A stretch of 64,000 nucleotides of DNA from Octopus sinensis. Lineage: Eukaryota. Every line of letters begins with the position of its first letter. Position 1 is the stretch's first letter. Shown here one piece after another: positions 37,262-49,794 of the stretch. The stretch covers positions 107,508,001 to 107,572,000 of the forward strand of contig NC_043000.1 in NCBI RefSeq assembly GCF_006345805.1, written 5' to 3'. A model generated the notes under the pieces. It saw nothing but the letters and a program-made list of their open reading frames with translations, was not told the DNA's origin and did not search any database. A program made the translations under genes and the position numbers.

Positions 37262-39085
37262 GAATCTCTCTCATGATGATGGCAATCACTCAAGGTCGTG
37301 GATGATGGTCTTCGCGCAAATTTACTGGTGAGTCCGTAGGTGACCGATAAGACCAATTCTTGCTTGAAAAGATCGGTCGCAGTGCGGACATCTAGTGCCG
37401 GAAGGGAGAGTCGCACGTGGTTGTTGTTGGCGCTCCTTCCGTCCTCGTCTTTTCTCCTCCAGCTCTGCAGACCTTTTCGACTCGAAAGTCGCCGTTCCCT
37501 CATGGATGGTGGTTTTCCAGAGTGGTCTGTTTTTTGCCGTTTCCTCCCAGTTAGTGAAGTCGATGTCACACTTTTTGAGGTTCATTTTCAGGGAGTCCTT
37601 GTAACGTTTCTTCTGGTCTCCTTTTGTACGCTTGCCGTCTTTGAGTTGGGAGTAGAAGATCTGTTTGGGAAGTCGTTCGTCAGTCATTCTAACCACGTGG
37701 CCGCTCCATCTTAGTTGGCCTTTGATGACATAGGCTTCGATGCTGGTCATTTTTGCTTCTTGTAGCACGCTGACGTTTGTTCTTCTGTCTTCCCAGCTGA
37801 TGTTAAGGATCTTCCGAAGACGGCGTTGGTGAAATTTCTCGAGCGTTTTCAGGTGGTAACTATACGGGGTCCAGGTTTCGGATGCGTAAGGAGGGTTGGA
37901 ATAATGACTGCCCTGTACACATGAGTTTGGTTCGGTTCGGATGTCCCGATCAGCAAAAACTCTTGTTCGAAGCTTGCCGAAAGCTGTTCCTGCACACTTC
38001 AGACGGTGTTGGATTTCATCGCTGAGGTCTACCTTTGCTGACAGATGGCTCCCAAGGTAACAGAAATGGTTCACATTTTCTAGTGGAATTCCTTCGATTT
38101 TGAATCGATGGCGGGTTGTCAACACGGGCATTGGAGGAGGTTGGTTAGATTAAGTGAGTCTTCTTGATGTTGATGCTCAGTCCAAGTTTAGTATATGCAT
38201 GATGAAAAGCATTTAGGATCTGTTGGAGGTGATCCTCTCTGTAAGCTGCTACACTGTTGTCGTCGGCATATTGGAACTCTAGCAAGCTTCGCGCCATTGT
38301 CTTTGACGTACTTTTGAGGCGAGCGAGGTTGAAAAGCTTGCCGTCCATTCTGTACGAGATCTCGATGCCAGGTGGAAGGTCATCTCGTATGATGTGCAAC
38401 ACTGTCGCGATAAAGATGGTAAAGAGAGTTGGCGCTATCACGCAGCCTTGCTTCACTCCGGAGGTGACTTTAAAGGGCTCAGAACTGCCTCCGTCGGTCT
38501 GGACTCTGGCGTGCATATTGTCGTGGACGAGTTTGGGGATCCAGATGAACTTATCTGGGCATCCATTCTGGGCGAGAATATCTCAGAGGAGCTCTCGCGA
38601 GACACGATCAAGGGCTTTGGATAGGTCGATAAAGGCCAAATAGAGCGGTTGGTGTTGCTCACGACATTTTTCTTGTAGCTGTCGCAGTGTCAAGATCATG
38701 TCGGTTGTGCTTCGTGATGGCCTAAAGCCGGTCTGCGTCTCAGGAAGGATCCTCTCTGACAGCGTTTTGAGGCGGTTGTTCAGGATGCGTGCAAGAATCT
38801 TCCCAGCAGTTGCTAATAAGAAAATACACCGGTAATTTCCACATTCAGAATGATCGCCCTTTCGTTTGTAAATGGTAATGATGTTAGCATCCCTGAAGTC
38901 GGATGGTACAACTTCATTTGTCCAGATTTTGACCAAGAGTTGGTGGAGCTGGTGTTGGACAAAATCACCTCCCAGTTTGTAAATCTCAGCTGGGATTCCG
39001 TCAGGACCCGCGGCTTTGTTGTTCTTCATCGCTGTGATAGCAATTTTGACCTCTTCGAGGGATGGAATTCGAGCGAGAGAGTAAT
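37262..39085 (-). mobile_element. RTE-clade LINE, 5'-truncated RT with two frameshifts
   Basis: KAAGPDGIPAE, NYRCIFLL, QTGFRPSRST, AFIDLSKALDRV; GVKQGCVIAPTLF, FQYADD; YLGS, YASETWT, LRWSGHVVRM, CPHCDRSFQARIGLIGHLRTH; (CAT)n/GAGA tail. Confidence 0.95.
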
Positions 39086-39252
39086 CCTTGGCCTCTTTAT
39101 ATATATATAATACACATATGAGAGAGAATCTGTCTCATATGTGTATTAATAATATTATTTACTGAATCTCAGGTTTTAATGCGCTAAACCACTGATGTTA
39201 AATTGATGTTACTAAATTAATATACAATTTTTCCACCCTCATTTGGACTTTA

Positions 39253-39319
<67 letters not shown>

Positions 39320-39610
39320 CATGGATATGTACACATACACACACATATTACACAACACACACAACACACTCACAAAGCTCTACCCGTATCACAGAGGGTT
39401 ACTACATGCTTCGTAATGTTGAAGTTATCCAGAGCCTGTATCTCCTCGCGTCTTGATATGTTGTGAAGCATTTAAAATATATCTCCCACAATATATATAA
39501 TTATATATTTCCCATAACTTTTGTGCCGTGTGTTATAGGTTTGTTTTCATAACTTTTTATACTCTTTAAGAAACCGAATACGACATATTACGGTCTCTCT
39601 CTCTCTCACT

Positions 39611-39662
<52 letters not shown>

Positions 39663-40058
39663 AGATATATGCTTACGCGTGCACACATACGCACACATGT
39701 CTTCCTTAATTTAAATTTATTATTTATCAGGCATGTCTCCCAAATTTTATAAACAAATATATCTGTAAACATTTACGACGTCGTTTTATGGTTTGTCAGT
39801 GAAGTGTTTTATAAATAATGTTTTATGTATAATCAATTACAACTTTGCTTTATTTTTCTTTGTTAAGTCAACGTTTCTTTAGAGACATACTTACGCAGAC
39901 CATACCAAAATATTATTACAGATTGTAATCTAAGTTAAAATAGTAAGAATTTCACAAGAAGTTATCGACACCAGTCGATATTTGTTTTGTTTGGCTCAAG
40001 TTGAGCCGAATACAGCAACGTCTCATATATCATTTGTATGTAAGCAGGTATAAATACT

Positions 40059-40277
40059 GGCAGAACCGTTAGCACGCCGGGCGAAATGCGTAGCCGTATT
40101 TCGTCTGCCGTTACGTTCTGAGTTCAAATTCCGCCGAGGTCGACTTTACCTTTCATCCTTTCGAGGTCGATAAATTAAGTACCAGTTACGCACTGGGGTC
40201 GATGTAATCGACTTGATACCTATGTCTGTCCTTGTTTGTCCCCTCTATGTTTAGCCCCTTGTGGTTAATAAAGAAAT
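40059..40277 (+). mobile_element. SINE family D with a 13-bp target-site duplication
   Basis: aggtataaatact at 40046-40058 and again at 40278-40290. Confidence 0.93.
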
Positions 40278-40644
40278 AGGTATAAATACTATCAAAATAG
40301 ACAACGTCTGTTGCCTGTAAATTTATATATACGGCTCACAATATTCCTCTGTAGCAATAGCCAATGGCGACAAAGCAGGGAAAAACATAGGCATCTACAT
40401 GTATATCAAATACCATACAGCATAAATTCTGATTTGTTAAAATCATCTCAGCCTCTAGAGAATGTGTAAAACTTATTTAATAGCAGTAACGATTAACTTC
40501 ATTTGAGAAGTGGGTATAATCTCAGAAATCAAGAATTATCTGTAATTGTCATACCATTAAAGAAAAGGACAATCTTATCGTCTGGAGAATTCTGAACACA
40601 TGTATCTGGATCATTAACCCTCATCAGGTCAACAATTCTTTTCT

Positions 40645-41032
40645 TTCGTTCTTTTTCTTTTTATTTGTTTCCGTCATTTGACTGCGGACATACTGGAGCA
40701 CCGCCTTTAGTCGAGGAAATCAACCCCAGGACTTATTCTTTGTAAGCCTAGTACTTATTCTATCGTTCTCTTTTACCGAAACGCTAAGTTACCGGGATGT
40801 AAACACACCAGCATCGGTTGTCAAACGATGTTGGGGAGGACAAACACAGACACACAAACACATATATACGACGGGCTTCTTTCTGTTTCCGTCTACCAAA
40901 TCTACTCACAAGGCTTTGGTCGGCCCGAGGCTAAATTAGAAGACACTTGCCCAAGGTGCCACGCAGTGGGACTGAACCCGGAACCATGTGGTTGGTAAGC
41001 AAGCTACTTACCACACAGCCACTCCTGCGCCT
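40645..41032 (-). mobile_element. SINE family C, full length
   Basis: Closely similar to 18101-18513. Confidence 0.92.
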
Positions 41033-41454
41033 ATTGTTCTGAATTATTTCCAGTCGTCAAGATTTGAACGTATGTCCTATATAAATCAAATCCATATTCA
41101 CATGAATCACAAGAGGTGAATCTAAGAAGATAGAGTGAAACTGTGGTTGAATAACGTATGGTCGTAGTAACAAAATAGTTGTTTGGAGAAATCAGCTATA
41201 CCCGTGTGGAATAGATTCCGGATCCACAAACCTGTAACAGTTAAGACAAGGAAAACAGTCTATGAAAATTTGGTAAATGAAACAAACGATTTTTTCTGAT
41301 TACTTAACTTCGCGGTTAAAATCTATGAGACATTTTAGTTAAAAAAATATTCAAATTCGACTGAGTGGAACGAATCATGAGTCTTCTGCATACAAGAAAA
41401 ATGTGGGTGCTTTAGAGTGGAATGTATTTGGCCATAAGATGGCGTCGAGCACTA

Positions 41455-41985
41455 AACCACCGCCGCCGTGCCGCCACTGCCGCCGCGCCACGACCGCCGC
41501 GCCACCACCGCCGCGCCACGACCGCCGCGCCACCCCGCCGCGCCACGACCGCCGCGCCACGACCGCCGCGCCACGACCGCCGCCGCCACGACCGCCGCGC
41601 CACCACCGCCGCGCCACGACCGCCGCGCCACGACCGCCGCGCCACCACCACCGCCGCGCCACGACCGCGCGCCACGACACCGCCGCGCCACGACCGCCGC
41701 GCCACGACCGCCGCGCCACGACCGCCGCGCCACCACCGCCGCGCCACCACCGCCGCGCCACCACCGCCGCGCCACCACCGCCGCGCCACCACCCCACCGC
41801 CGCGCCACCACCGCCGCGCCACCACCGCCGCGCCCCCACCGCCGCGCCACCACCGCCGCGCCACCACCGCCGCGCCACCACCGCCGCGCCACCACCGCCG
41901 CGCCACCACCGCCGCGCCACCACCGCCGCTCCACCACCGCCGCGTCACCACCGCCGCGCCACCACCGCCGCGCCACCACGACGAC
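41455..41985. repeat. GC-rich 14-bp minisatellite (CCGCCGCGCCAC[G/C]A)n, about 35 units, grading into (CCA)n up to 42075
   Basis: Direct repeat; the unit has no stop codon in any frame, hence the stacked ORFs. Confidence 0.95.
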
Positions 41986-42155
41986 GACGACCACCACAAA
42001 CCACCACTACCATCACCACCACCACCACCACCACCTTCACCACCACTACCGTAACCACCACAACCGCCACCTCCATGCCGAAATAAGAACAAGCTTTCAA
42101 AGATTAAAATTTCCAGTTCATTTCGTATTTCAGATTTTCCACTTTCGCTGCCACT

Positions 42156-42193
<38 letters not shown>

Positions 42194-43026
42194 CAATCTC
42201 TCTCTCTCTCTTTAATATAAATAAGTATCCACGCAGACACGTACACACGCATATAAATGTATACAAAAACACATATACATATACATTCATGCTTATATAT
42301 ATATATTTATATATATATATATATATATTCATGCTTATATATATATATTTATATATATATATATTCATGCTTATATATATATATTTATATATATACATAT
42401 TTATCTATATATTTAAATGTGTGTGTGTGTATGTATGTATGTGTGTGTGTGAGTGTGTGTGTGTGTGTGTGTATGTGTGTGTGTGTGTGTATGCTTCTTC
42501 CCTCTCCGATCTGGAGGGAGTAGATGAATAGATTAATATTTCAAGGGAACCTCTCATCCAATACTTCAACACGTCGTTAACTTATGACGAAAATAATCTG
42601 AGAAAAGGAATGACTGACATTCTAAATATGGTTAAAACTACGCATGAAACAAAATGAGTGGGAACTTTGCTTTGAGATAAGTATATTAATATGAAATGAT
42701 CGTATTTATTAAGCACAAATGCCACAACTAAAACGATCCACTTTACTGATCAAACCCGGCTAAACTAAAAGTCAATATATGTAATCCAAAAAAAAAGAAC
42801 ATTTCAGAAGCGGAGGAAATTGGTGAACAGCACTTAGTTAGCGGAAAGCCCATACATTCTTGAGAGTGACGACTGTTTGACTTATTGGTTCTTTTCTGCA
42901 GCACGTAGTACGACCACTTAGTAGTAGTTAATAAGTGTGTAATCGAAGTTTAAAGCTGGTGGATAGGTTTGAGACACGCATGAATTTATTGGTAGTGATT
43001 TAATGGTAACGGGGTTACGATCTCCA

Positions 43027-43331
<305 letters not shown>

Positions 43332-43639
43332 TGAATCTGTTTTTAGTGTGTCTATATGTCTTTGTGCAAGTCTGTGAGTCTGTGTGTCTGTCTCTCTGCC
43401 CTTCTGGCGGTCTATCTGTTCGTCAGTTTGTCCGTTCTTCTATCTGTCTGTCTGTCTGTCTGCATGTGAATGTTTGTTAATGTGTGTGTATGTATTTGTG
43501 TGAGCGTGTGTGTGTGTGTGTGTTTATATATAATAGCCGAAGCAATCGGTGTGGCCCAACAGGTATTTTCACAACCCAACAGGTATTTTGTTGTCAGGAC
43601 GTTTTTACCTGACTTGAAGATGTTTTGACCTGACCTGAA

Positions 43640-44970
43640 GATGTTTTGATATGCAGAATCCACACACGGAATCCATTTTTTACCCTCGCATCTAGATTTC
43701 AAGATCCCGAAACACCCCAGCCATCAGTGGGTGACTTTGAGATGGTCAATTTTCTCCTGGGGCAAGAAAGTGGTTTGACCAAATATCCAAGCTTTTTATA
43801 CACGTGGGATAGCAGCGCTAGGGAAAATCATTGGTGATCAAAGAATGGACGCAGTGAACATTAATTCCGGGTCTTTTAATGCCATTGAAGAACCTTTCGT
43901 TCAATGGGAGTAAAATCCTCCCACTTCTACTCCAAATACAAAAACATAATGCTCCCCTCATCAGGATGGTTTCCTTCGTGATGAAATCCTACATGGTAAT
44001 TCTATAGATTAAAAAAGGAAGGAGAACTTTTCTTATTTCATGTATGTATGTATACATATACACTCAGAACCACGCTAATAGCTTAGGAGTGAAATTTAGG
44101 ATTTCTCAGTTTTCTGTGAATCGATTTTGATAAAACTTCATACTGGTCGTATGAAGCAGTTTGTCAGAGTTCTGGATAAAGATGGACAATGCTTTTACTA
44201 TATCTGCAGCACATTTTCTAGTTTGAGCAATGGCAAGATAAAAGCTAGAGCATTTGATGGGCCTCAAATCAGAAAATTGATGGAATATAGGAATTTTGTA
44301 TATTGAATGAATTTCATTGAAGCAACAGCGTGGTATTCTTTTGTAATAGTTTTGAATGGCTTTCTTGGCAACGAGAAAGCAACCAACTGTGTCGAAATAG
44401 TCGACAACATATTGGAGAACATACAAAATTTTGAGCAAATGTTAGTATAAACCTGCACTTTCTTCACAGTCACCTCTATAATGACCTGAAAATCTTGGTG
44501 ACACAAGTGACGAGCACGGAGACAGTATCTATCAAGATGTAAAATACATGGTACAAACATATCAAGACATATGAGGAGTTGCACATGATAGTAGACCATT
44601 GCTGGAACTTCGTTCGTAATCTTCCTGAGGTTCAGCACTCGAGAAAATTATCCAAAAGTAAATTCATGGAAAATTAGGCATTAGCGATGATGTGTGTGGA
44701 AATTAAAAAAAATTTAACTACGCATTTAGTAGAATTTTTTCGAAAAAATTCCGGTTTTGAAGAAACTCCAATTTCTGTGTATGCTTATATGTTATGCCTT
44801 ATTCCTCATAAGCTGTTTCATTGAATAAACAATGAAATACTATGGATCCAGTGTCTTAAAATCTTGGTTCGATGATAATAAAGAAATGTCATTTTCAGAT
44901 TCTGTGTCAAAAGTCACCTAGTACTGGTCCAAATGTTTTGACAAAAGAGGAAGTTTTTTTTTTAGCCTGG
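43640..44970 (+). mobile_element. Chapaev3-like (CMC) DNA transposon fossil, interrupted by a 211-bp insertion
   Basis: GDFEMVNFLLGQESGLTKYPSFLYTWDSSARENHW; KILPLL | H..G.MKQFVRVLDKDG..FDGPQIRKLM..FLGNEKA..LHFLHSHL..ENLGDTSDEHG..QD..DHCW. Superfamily label is from recalled motifs. Confidence 0.75.
43928..44138 (-). repeat. Inverted copy of 36493-36702 (TRT right end, flank and 5' half of the HHR)
   Basis: Hand alignment gives 9 substitutions and 1 indel in about 210 bp, including the TIR/TA-flank junction. Confidence 0.93.
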
Positions 44971-45285
44971 GTTATCGAATATGTGAAATAGGTGATAAAC
45001 TAAAATGACTTATACCAAGTATCTAGGTAGTGGTCTTTCTCTATTATTATATTTGCATATGTGTTGTAATGCAGATAAACACAAAATGTTGGATTTTTCT
45101 CTTGGCTTAGTGGTTAGAATATTGACTTCACAAACATACGGTCTTGCGTTCATTTCCCGGAATAGTCGACATGTTGTGCCCTTGTACAAGGCACTTCCTT
45201 TCACGGCTGAAATTATGTACCAGCCAGGTGATGTTGCAGCACTTATTCCTTCAAGCTTTCATTTCTTCGATATTCAACTGGATCA

Positions 45286-45394
<109 letters not shown>

Positions 45395-46244
45395 CATATT
45401 TCTGTTCGCGACTACATAAGCGCTTAAAAGAATAAGCGACAGCATGGTACTTGCTGTCGCGTCATGCTCCCTTGCGAATCATAGTTACGCATTCTAGCAT
45501 ATATTAAACTTATGAAACAGTGTTAATTGATAATTTCAAGTTTGTGACAAAAGAAATATATTTTGTTTTTGACGTCATAAGAATTTAGAAACTTTCGAGA
45601 GAACGTGAAAGTATTCATTGTTGGAACAGTGAATCTCGAATCAGACAAAGCTATAAATGTAAATATTGGGTTAAACCCCCTTTAGACAGACGTCGGAGGT
45701 TGCTCGTGGAACACAAACCTACTTCTCCGGTAAACATGACAGAATTCTTGCATCCAAAGTATTTTAAGGCAGTGTTTACACGCTAAAGTTTATAGCTTTG
45801 TCAGTTTTGAGATTAACCTTTTGAAAAAATGGATTATAGTTGTTTTGCTTTGCGTATGTCCTTTTCAGTAATTTCAATACAAATGTGTTTTATTTAGCAA
45901 GAGTTCTTGGGTTCACAACATTTCTTGTTCCGTGGTTTGGTGATCTGATGAAAAGATGTCTACATGGCCCAACAATTGTGTATGCGTTATGCACAGTTCT
46001 TAGTTCTACACACGCTCACAGACGTTATTTTACTCACTCTTTCACACATTCACTGATGATGTGTTTCACTATGGCCCAGGCATGACTGTGTGGTTAAGAA
46101 GCTCGATTTGAAACCAAGTTTTTCCTGCCATCCCACCCCCGTCACTGCACGGCACCGTGAGAAAGTGTCTTCCACTATTGTCCATTCTCCTGACACAAAC
46201 TGCATAACAGACCTTATATATATATACATACATATATTCAAAGT

Positions 46245-46470
46245 GTGACCGCGTGTGTATAGTTGGCGATTTTTTTCCTCCATCTTCCCTTCCTTGTATC
46301 TTTCCTTTTCCTATGTTTCTGACGAAGAGCTCCGCTCGAAACGTTAGATCCTCCTTCTTTCTTTCCTTTCCTGAGCGTCCAATAACACTATACTTGTTCC
46401 ACTTCTTCGCGTTATTGTGTTTTTTCTTTGTGTTTTCATGTTTGTTTGGATTAACTTTATATGTATGTAT
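46245..46470 (+). mobile_element. PLE pseudo-LTR-like fragment (relative at 54424-54575)
   Basis: gttggcgatttttttcctcc...ctatgtttctgacgaagagc...ctgagcgtccaataa...gttccac is shared with the minus strand of 54424-54575. Confidence 0.75.
46315..46350 (+). ncRNA. Minimal hammerhead motif (dimer type), GUU site
   Basis: CTGACGA-a-gagc-tcc-gctc-GAAA-CGTT with palindromic AACGTT in place of stem III and a weak stem I. Confidence 0.65.
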
Positions 46471-46477
46471 ATGTATG

Positions 46478-46514
<37 letters not shown>

Positions 46515-46519
46515 TAATA

Positions 46520-46880
46520 TCTTATTATAAAAGGCAGATTTTATCTGCCTCCCTTTGGGAGTTATACAAATCTACAAATAGGATTTCTTCAATTACAATT
46601 TACCTTGCATTTTTAAGAGTACAATGCATCGCGTCATGCCAGGTCCAGTTTTTAAAATTTAAACTCCAGTTAAGCAAAATTTACAGAAAACTCACATTCT
46701 GGTGTGTGTGTCAAATGCTTTTCTTAGTCTGGTTTACAGCACACGCAAACGCACACACACAGTGGGCAACGAATAAAATGAAAGTAATTGACTTACTGTA
46801 GTGAGTGATTCTTTCACTCTGCCTCCCACTTCCTCTTTCCACACAGTCACGCAAATATATAAATAAAATTGTAAGCTAAC
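46520..46880 (+). mobile_element. Probable non-autonomous Helitron-like element, 5' end only
   Basis: Starts a|TCttattataaaaggcag...tctgcctcc, similar to 48272; no 3' hairpin or CTRR found. Confidence 0.4.
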
Positions 46881-47020
46881 GTGCGTGTGTGTGAGTAGGT
46901 GTGTGTGGGTGTGCGCGTGTGTGTGTGAGGGTGCGTGTGTGTGTGTGTGTGCGTGTGCGTGAGTGTGTGACAGGAAAGTTTTTTACGACGAATATAACAC
47001 CTATATCCAAGTAGCAGAAA

Positions 47021-47495
47021 GATAAGACAGTAAGGTGTGATTTGAGGGAGATTTGGCTGCTATTTCTACCATGTCTAGCTGCCATGTAGGGGTCTCCCTC
47101 ATAGGCTCATACATACATATATACATAGATAGACAGTAAGGTGTGATTTGGGGGAAATTTGGCTGCTATTTCTACCAGGTCTAGCTGCCATGTAGGCTCT
47201 CCTCATAGGCTCATACATACATATATACATAGATAAGACAGTAAGGTGTGATTTGGGGGAAATTTGGCTGCTATTTCTACCAGGTCTAGCTGCCATGTAG
47301 GGGTCTCCCTCATAGGCTCATACATACAATATATACATAGATAAGACAGTAAGGTGTGATTTGGGGGAAATTTGGCTGCTATCTACCAGGTCTAGCTACC
47401 ATGTAGAGGTCCCCCTCATTGGCTCATATATATATACATACATAAGACAGTAAGGTGTGATTTGAGGGAGATTTGGCTGCTGTTTCTACCAGGTC
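47021..47495. repeat. Tandem array of an approximately 105-bp unit, 4.5 copies
   Basis: gataagacagtaaggtgtgatttg starts at 47021, 47128, 47232, 47340 and 47441. A related dispersed copy lies at 2300-2378. Confidence 0.95.
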
Positions 47496-47559
47496 TGTTA
47501 GGCCTTCTCATGTAAACTCAAGCTTTCTCATGCCTTCAACATATGACCAAAGCAGAGAA

Positions 47560-47790
47560 TGTATTCTTTTATTCTTCTGCTTTTTCCAGCCATTGGTCTG
47601 TGGCCATGCTGGGGCAATGCCTTGAAGAATTGTAGTTTAATGAATCAACTCCAGTTTTATTTTTGTAAGCATTGTACTTATTCTATCTGTTTCCTTTGTC
47701 AAACCACTAGGTGACAGGGATGTAAACAAACCAAATTCGTTGTCAAGCAATGGTGGAGGACAATCACAAGCACAGACACGCACACACACA
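47560..47790 (-). mobile_element. SINE family C, decayed 3' part
   Basis: gtggccatgctggggcaatgcc...tacttattctat...gatgtaaacaaacc. Confidence 0.75.
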
Positions 47791-47856
47791 CACATACATG
47801 CATACACCAAACAACACATACATACATACATATATATATATGTGTGTATATATATA

Positions 47857-48103
47857 TTGCAGCGTGGAAGGTGTTTGTAAGCCATTTAAGAAACACACAA
47901 AAACCGTTACATTCACTTCAACATTTAAATTTAATTTGCCAAAATATTTTCGTCGCTTTGAGACCGCGACCTGTTCACTGACAAAAATATCGTGCTAACA
48001 GGTCGCGGTCTCAAATTTTCACAAATTAAATTTAAATGTTGAAGTGAATCTAACGGTTTTTGTGTGTTTCTTAAATGGCTTATAAACACCTTCAACGCTG
48101 CAA
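47857..48103. repeat. Fold-back element (82-bp outer arms, 19-bp inner arms) containing an HHR-shaped fold
   Basis: 47857-47938 pairs with 48022-48103, and 47958-47975 pairs with 47997-48015. Confidence 0.92.
47937..47983 (-). ncRNA. Candidate variant hammerhead ribozyme with a G3:C8 core
   Basis: tgtca-GTGAACA-g-gtcgc-ggtctcaaa-gcgac-GAAA-atat-T-T-tggca: stem I 5 bp, stem II 5 bp, palindromic AAAATATTTT. Confidence 0.55.
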
Positions 48104-48271
48104 CTGTTTTCGTTCCAGCACACGATCTCAGATCAAGTCACTTGCTATGCAAGTACATCTCTGTAACTATATATATATTTATATATATATATATATATAT
48201 ATGTATATTGGTAAAAACAGTAAGATAACAAAAGAAAGAAAGAGACCTCAATATTATGTAAATAGAGGAAA

Positions 48272-48666
48272 TCTTTATATATAAAAGTGAGGTTGTGTGT
48301 CTGCCTCCTACGATTTAGATTCCTAACTACTCCCACACTTTGCGGTGCAGTTTAACCAAAACCGGGTATCTTATAGTCGTGATTCATATCGAGACCGTCT
48401 GGGTATTAGCGCGCGTCTACGATGAGTCTACGATTTAAAAAAAAATTTACCATCAATTTTTCCCATTTTTAATCCATTTTTGACATATACAAGGGAAGTA
48501 ACTCTCTAAAATTTATTATTAAATCTCAGAACGTAAAAAGCTACAGTAACACCCCTCCCCCTTTGTGGTTAGCGATATTGAGATGGCTATTATACTTTAC
48601 ATCTCTAAAAATGCTTATATAATTATTTCCCTTACAAACCCGAGCAACGCCGGGCGATACTGCTAG
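48272..48666 (+). mobile_element. Complete non-autonomous Helitron (395 bp)
   Basis: A|TC start at 48272, subterminal hairpin cccg-agcaacgc-cggg, CTAG|T end at 48666, no TSD. Confidence 0.85.
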
Positions 48667-48752
48667 TATATATATATATATATAGGTGTGTATGTGTGTG
48701 TGTGATTGTGTATGTGTATTATGTGTGTATATATATATATATACGTAGTATA

Positions 48753-48791
<39 letters not shown>

Positions 48792-49794
48792 TAGATGTAT
48801 ATATATTATATATTTGTGTATATGTATGTATTATATATATATATATATATATTATATGTGTGTGCGTATGTATGTATGTATGTATAAATGTATCTGTCTA
48901 TCTGTGTGTTTGCATTTGTCTATATAAAAAAAAACTAAGAAACAAAAAAGAAACTGAGAGGATATCTACCAGACTTTAAAAAATAGTATCTGCTGGAACC
49001 GACTAAAATCCTTCAAGCTGGTGTCCCTGCATGACTGTTCTCCTAAGATAGAAACAAAGAAATAAAAGATGAAAGATATATAATTGTTTATTAACTTAGA
49101 ACTCAGTCACTACTTGACAACTAAAACGACATTTTATTAAAGCTGTTAATATCCATCAACAACAATACTGAGTATAAGAAATAAAAAAATTCCGTTGGCG
49201 TGATTATATTTTCCTGAAAAACTTCAAGAAAGTTTCATAAAAAAATTGAAAATAAATAAAAATCGACATAAAATTTTGCATTCACTATGGCATTAATTTA
49301 TTCTTTTTAATTCTAATTAAAATGATATATTATAATACGATTACGTTACAAAACTATTTTTTATGAACTAATTTCGATCTGTTGTTCTTTGGCAACAGCT
49401 GTCGATAACACGAATTGCCCAGGGACTAAAGGTCTCCATTGATAATTCACTAGGACAGTTTCTATTCAGTGTATAGCGGCCTGCCTTGAAAACACACTTA
49501 AACTTGCAGACAGCCGCAAGGCTGTCTTCATGAGAATAATACATTCAATATTGATTAATTGGTATGTCGCGCGCTCGATTATCCTTATCTGAGATAAAAA
49601 TCATTTGATCAAAACTTTCAAACACTAAAAGATGTCCATATCACTGATGCATTATTTTTTGTAAAAGGTGGACCAAGCGCATAAAATAACAAGTAATAAA
49701 ATTCTGCGTAATTTTATTATTTCATTCAGATATTTAATTCCTTAGAATTTATTTTTCCTCCGTTACGGCTTAGTCCATATTGGAGTACTAGTAA

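Noticed and set aside
40570-40630. Minus-strand CTGATGA-ggg...atcca-GATAC-atgt-GTT
   Set aside because: GAAA is mutated and stems I and II do not pair; too degenerate to call.
41375-42398. Six long overlapping ORFs (181-328 aa) rich in Pro/Arg/Ala/Gly
   Set aside because: They arise because the 14-bp minisatellite has no stop codon in any frame; no domain or splice support.
47021-47495. CRISPR-like appearance of regular repeats (also 55298-55762)
   Set aside because: No unique spacers, units are diverged tandem copies, eukaryotic context and no cas genes.
49506-49535. 8-bp hairpin with GCAA tetraloop (agacagcc-gcaa-ggctgtct) next to minus-strand CTCATGA
   Set aside because: No GAAA or stem III; a single short hairpin is not evidence of an RNA gene.
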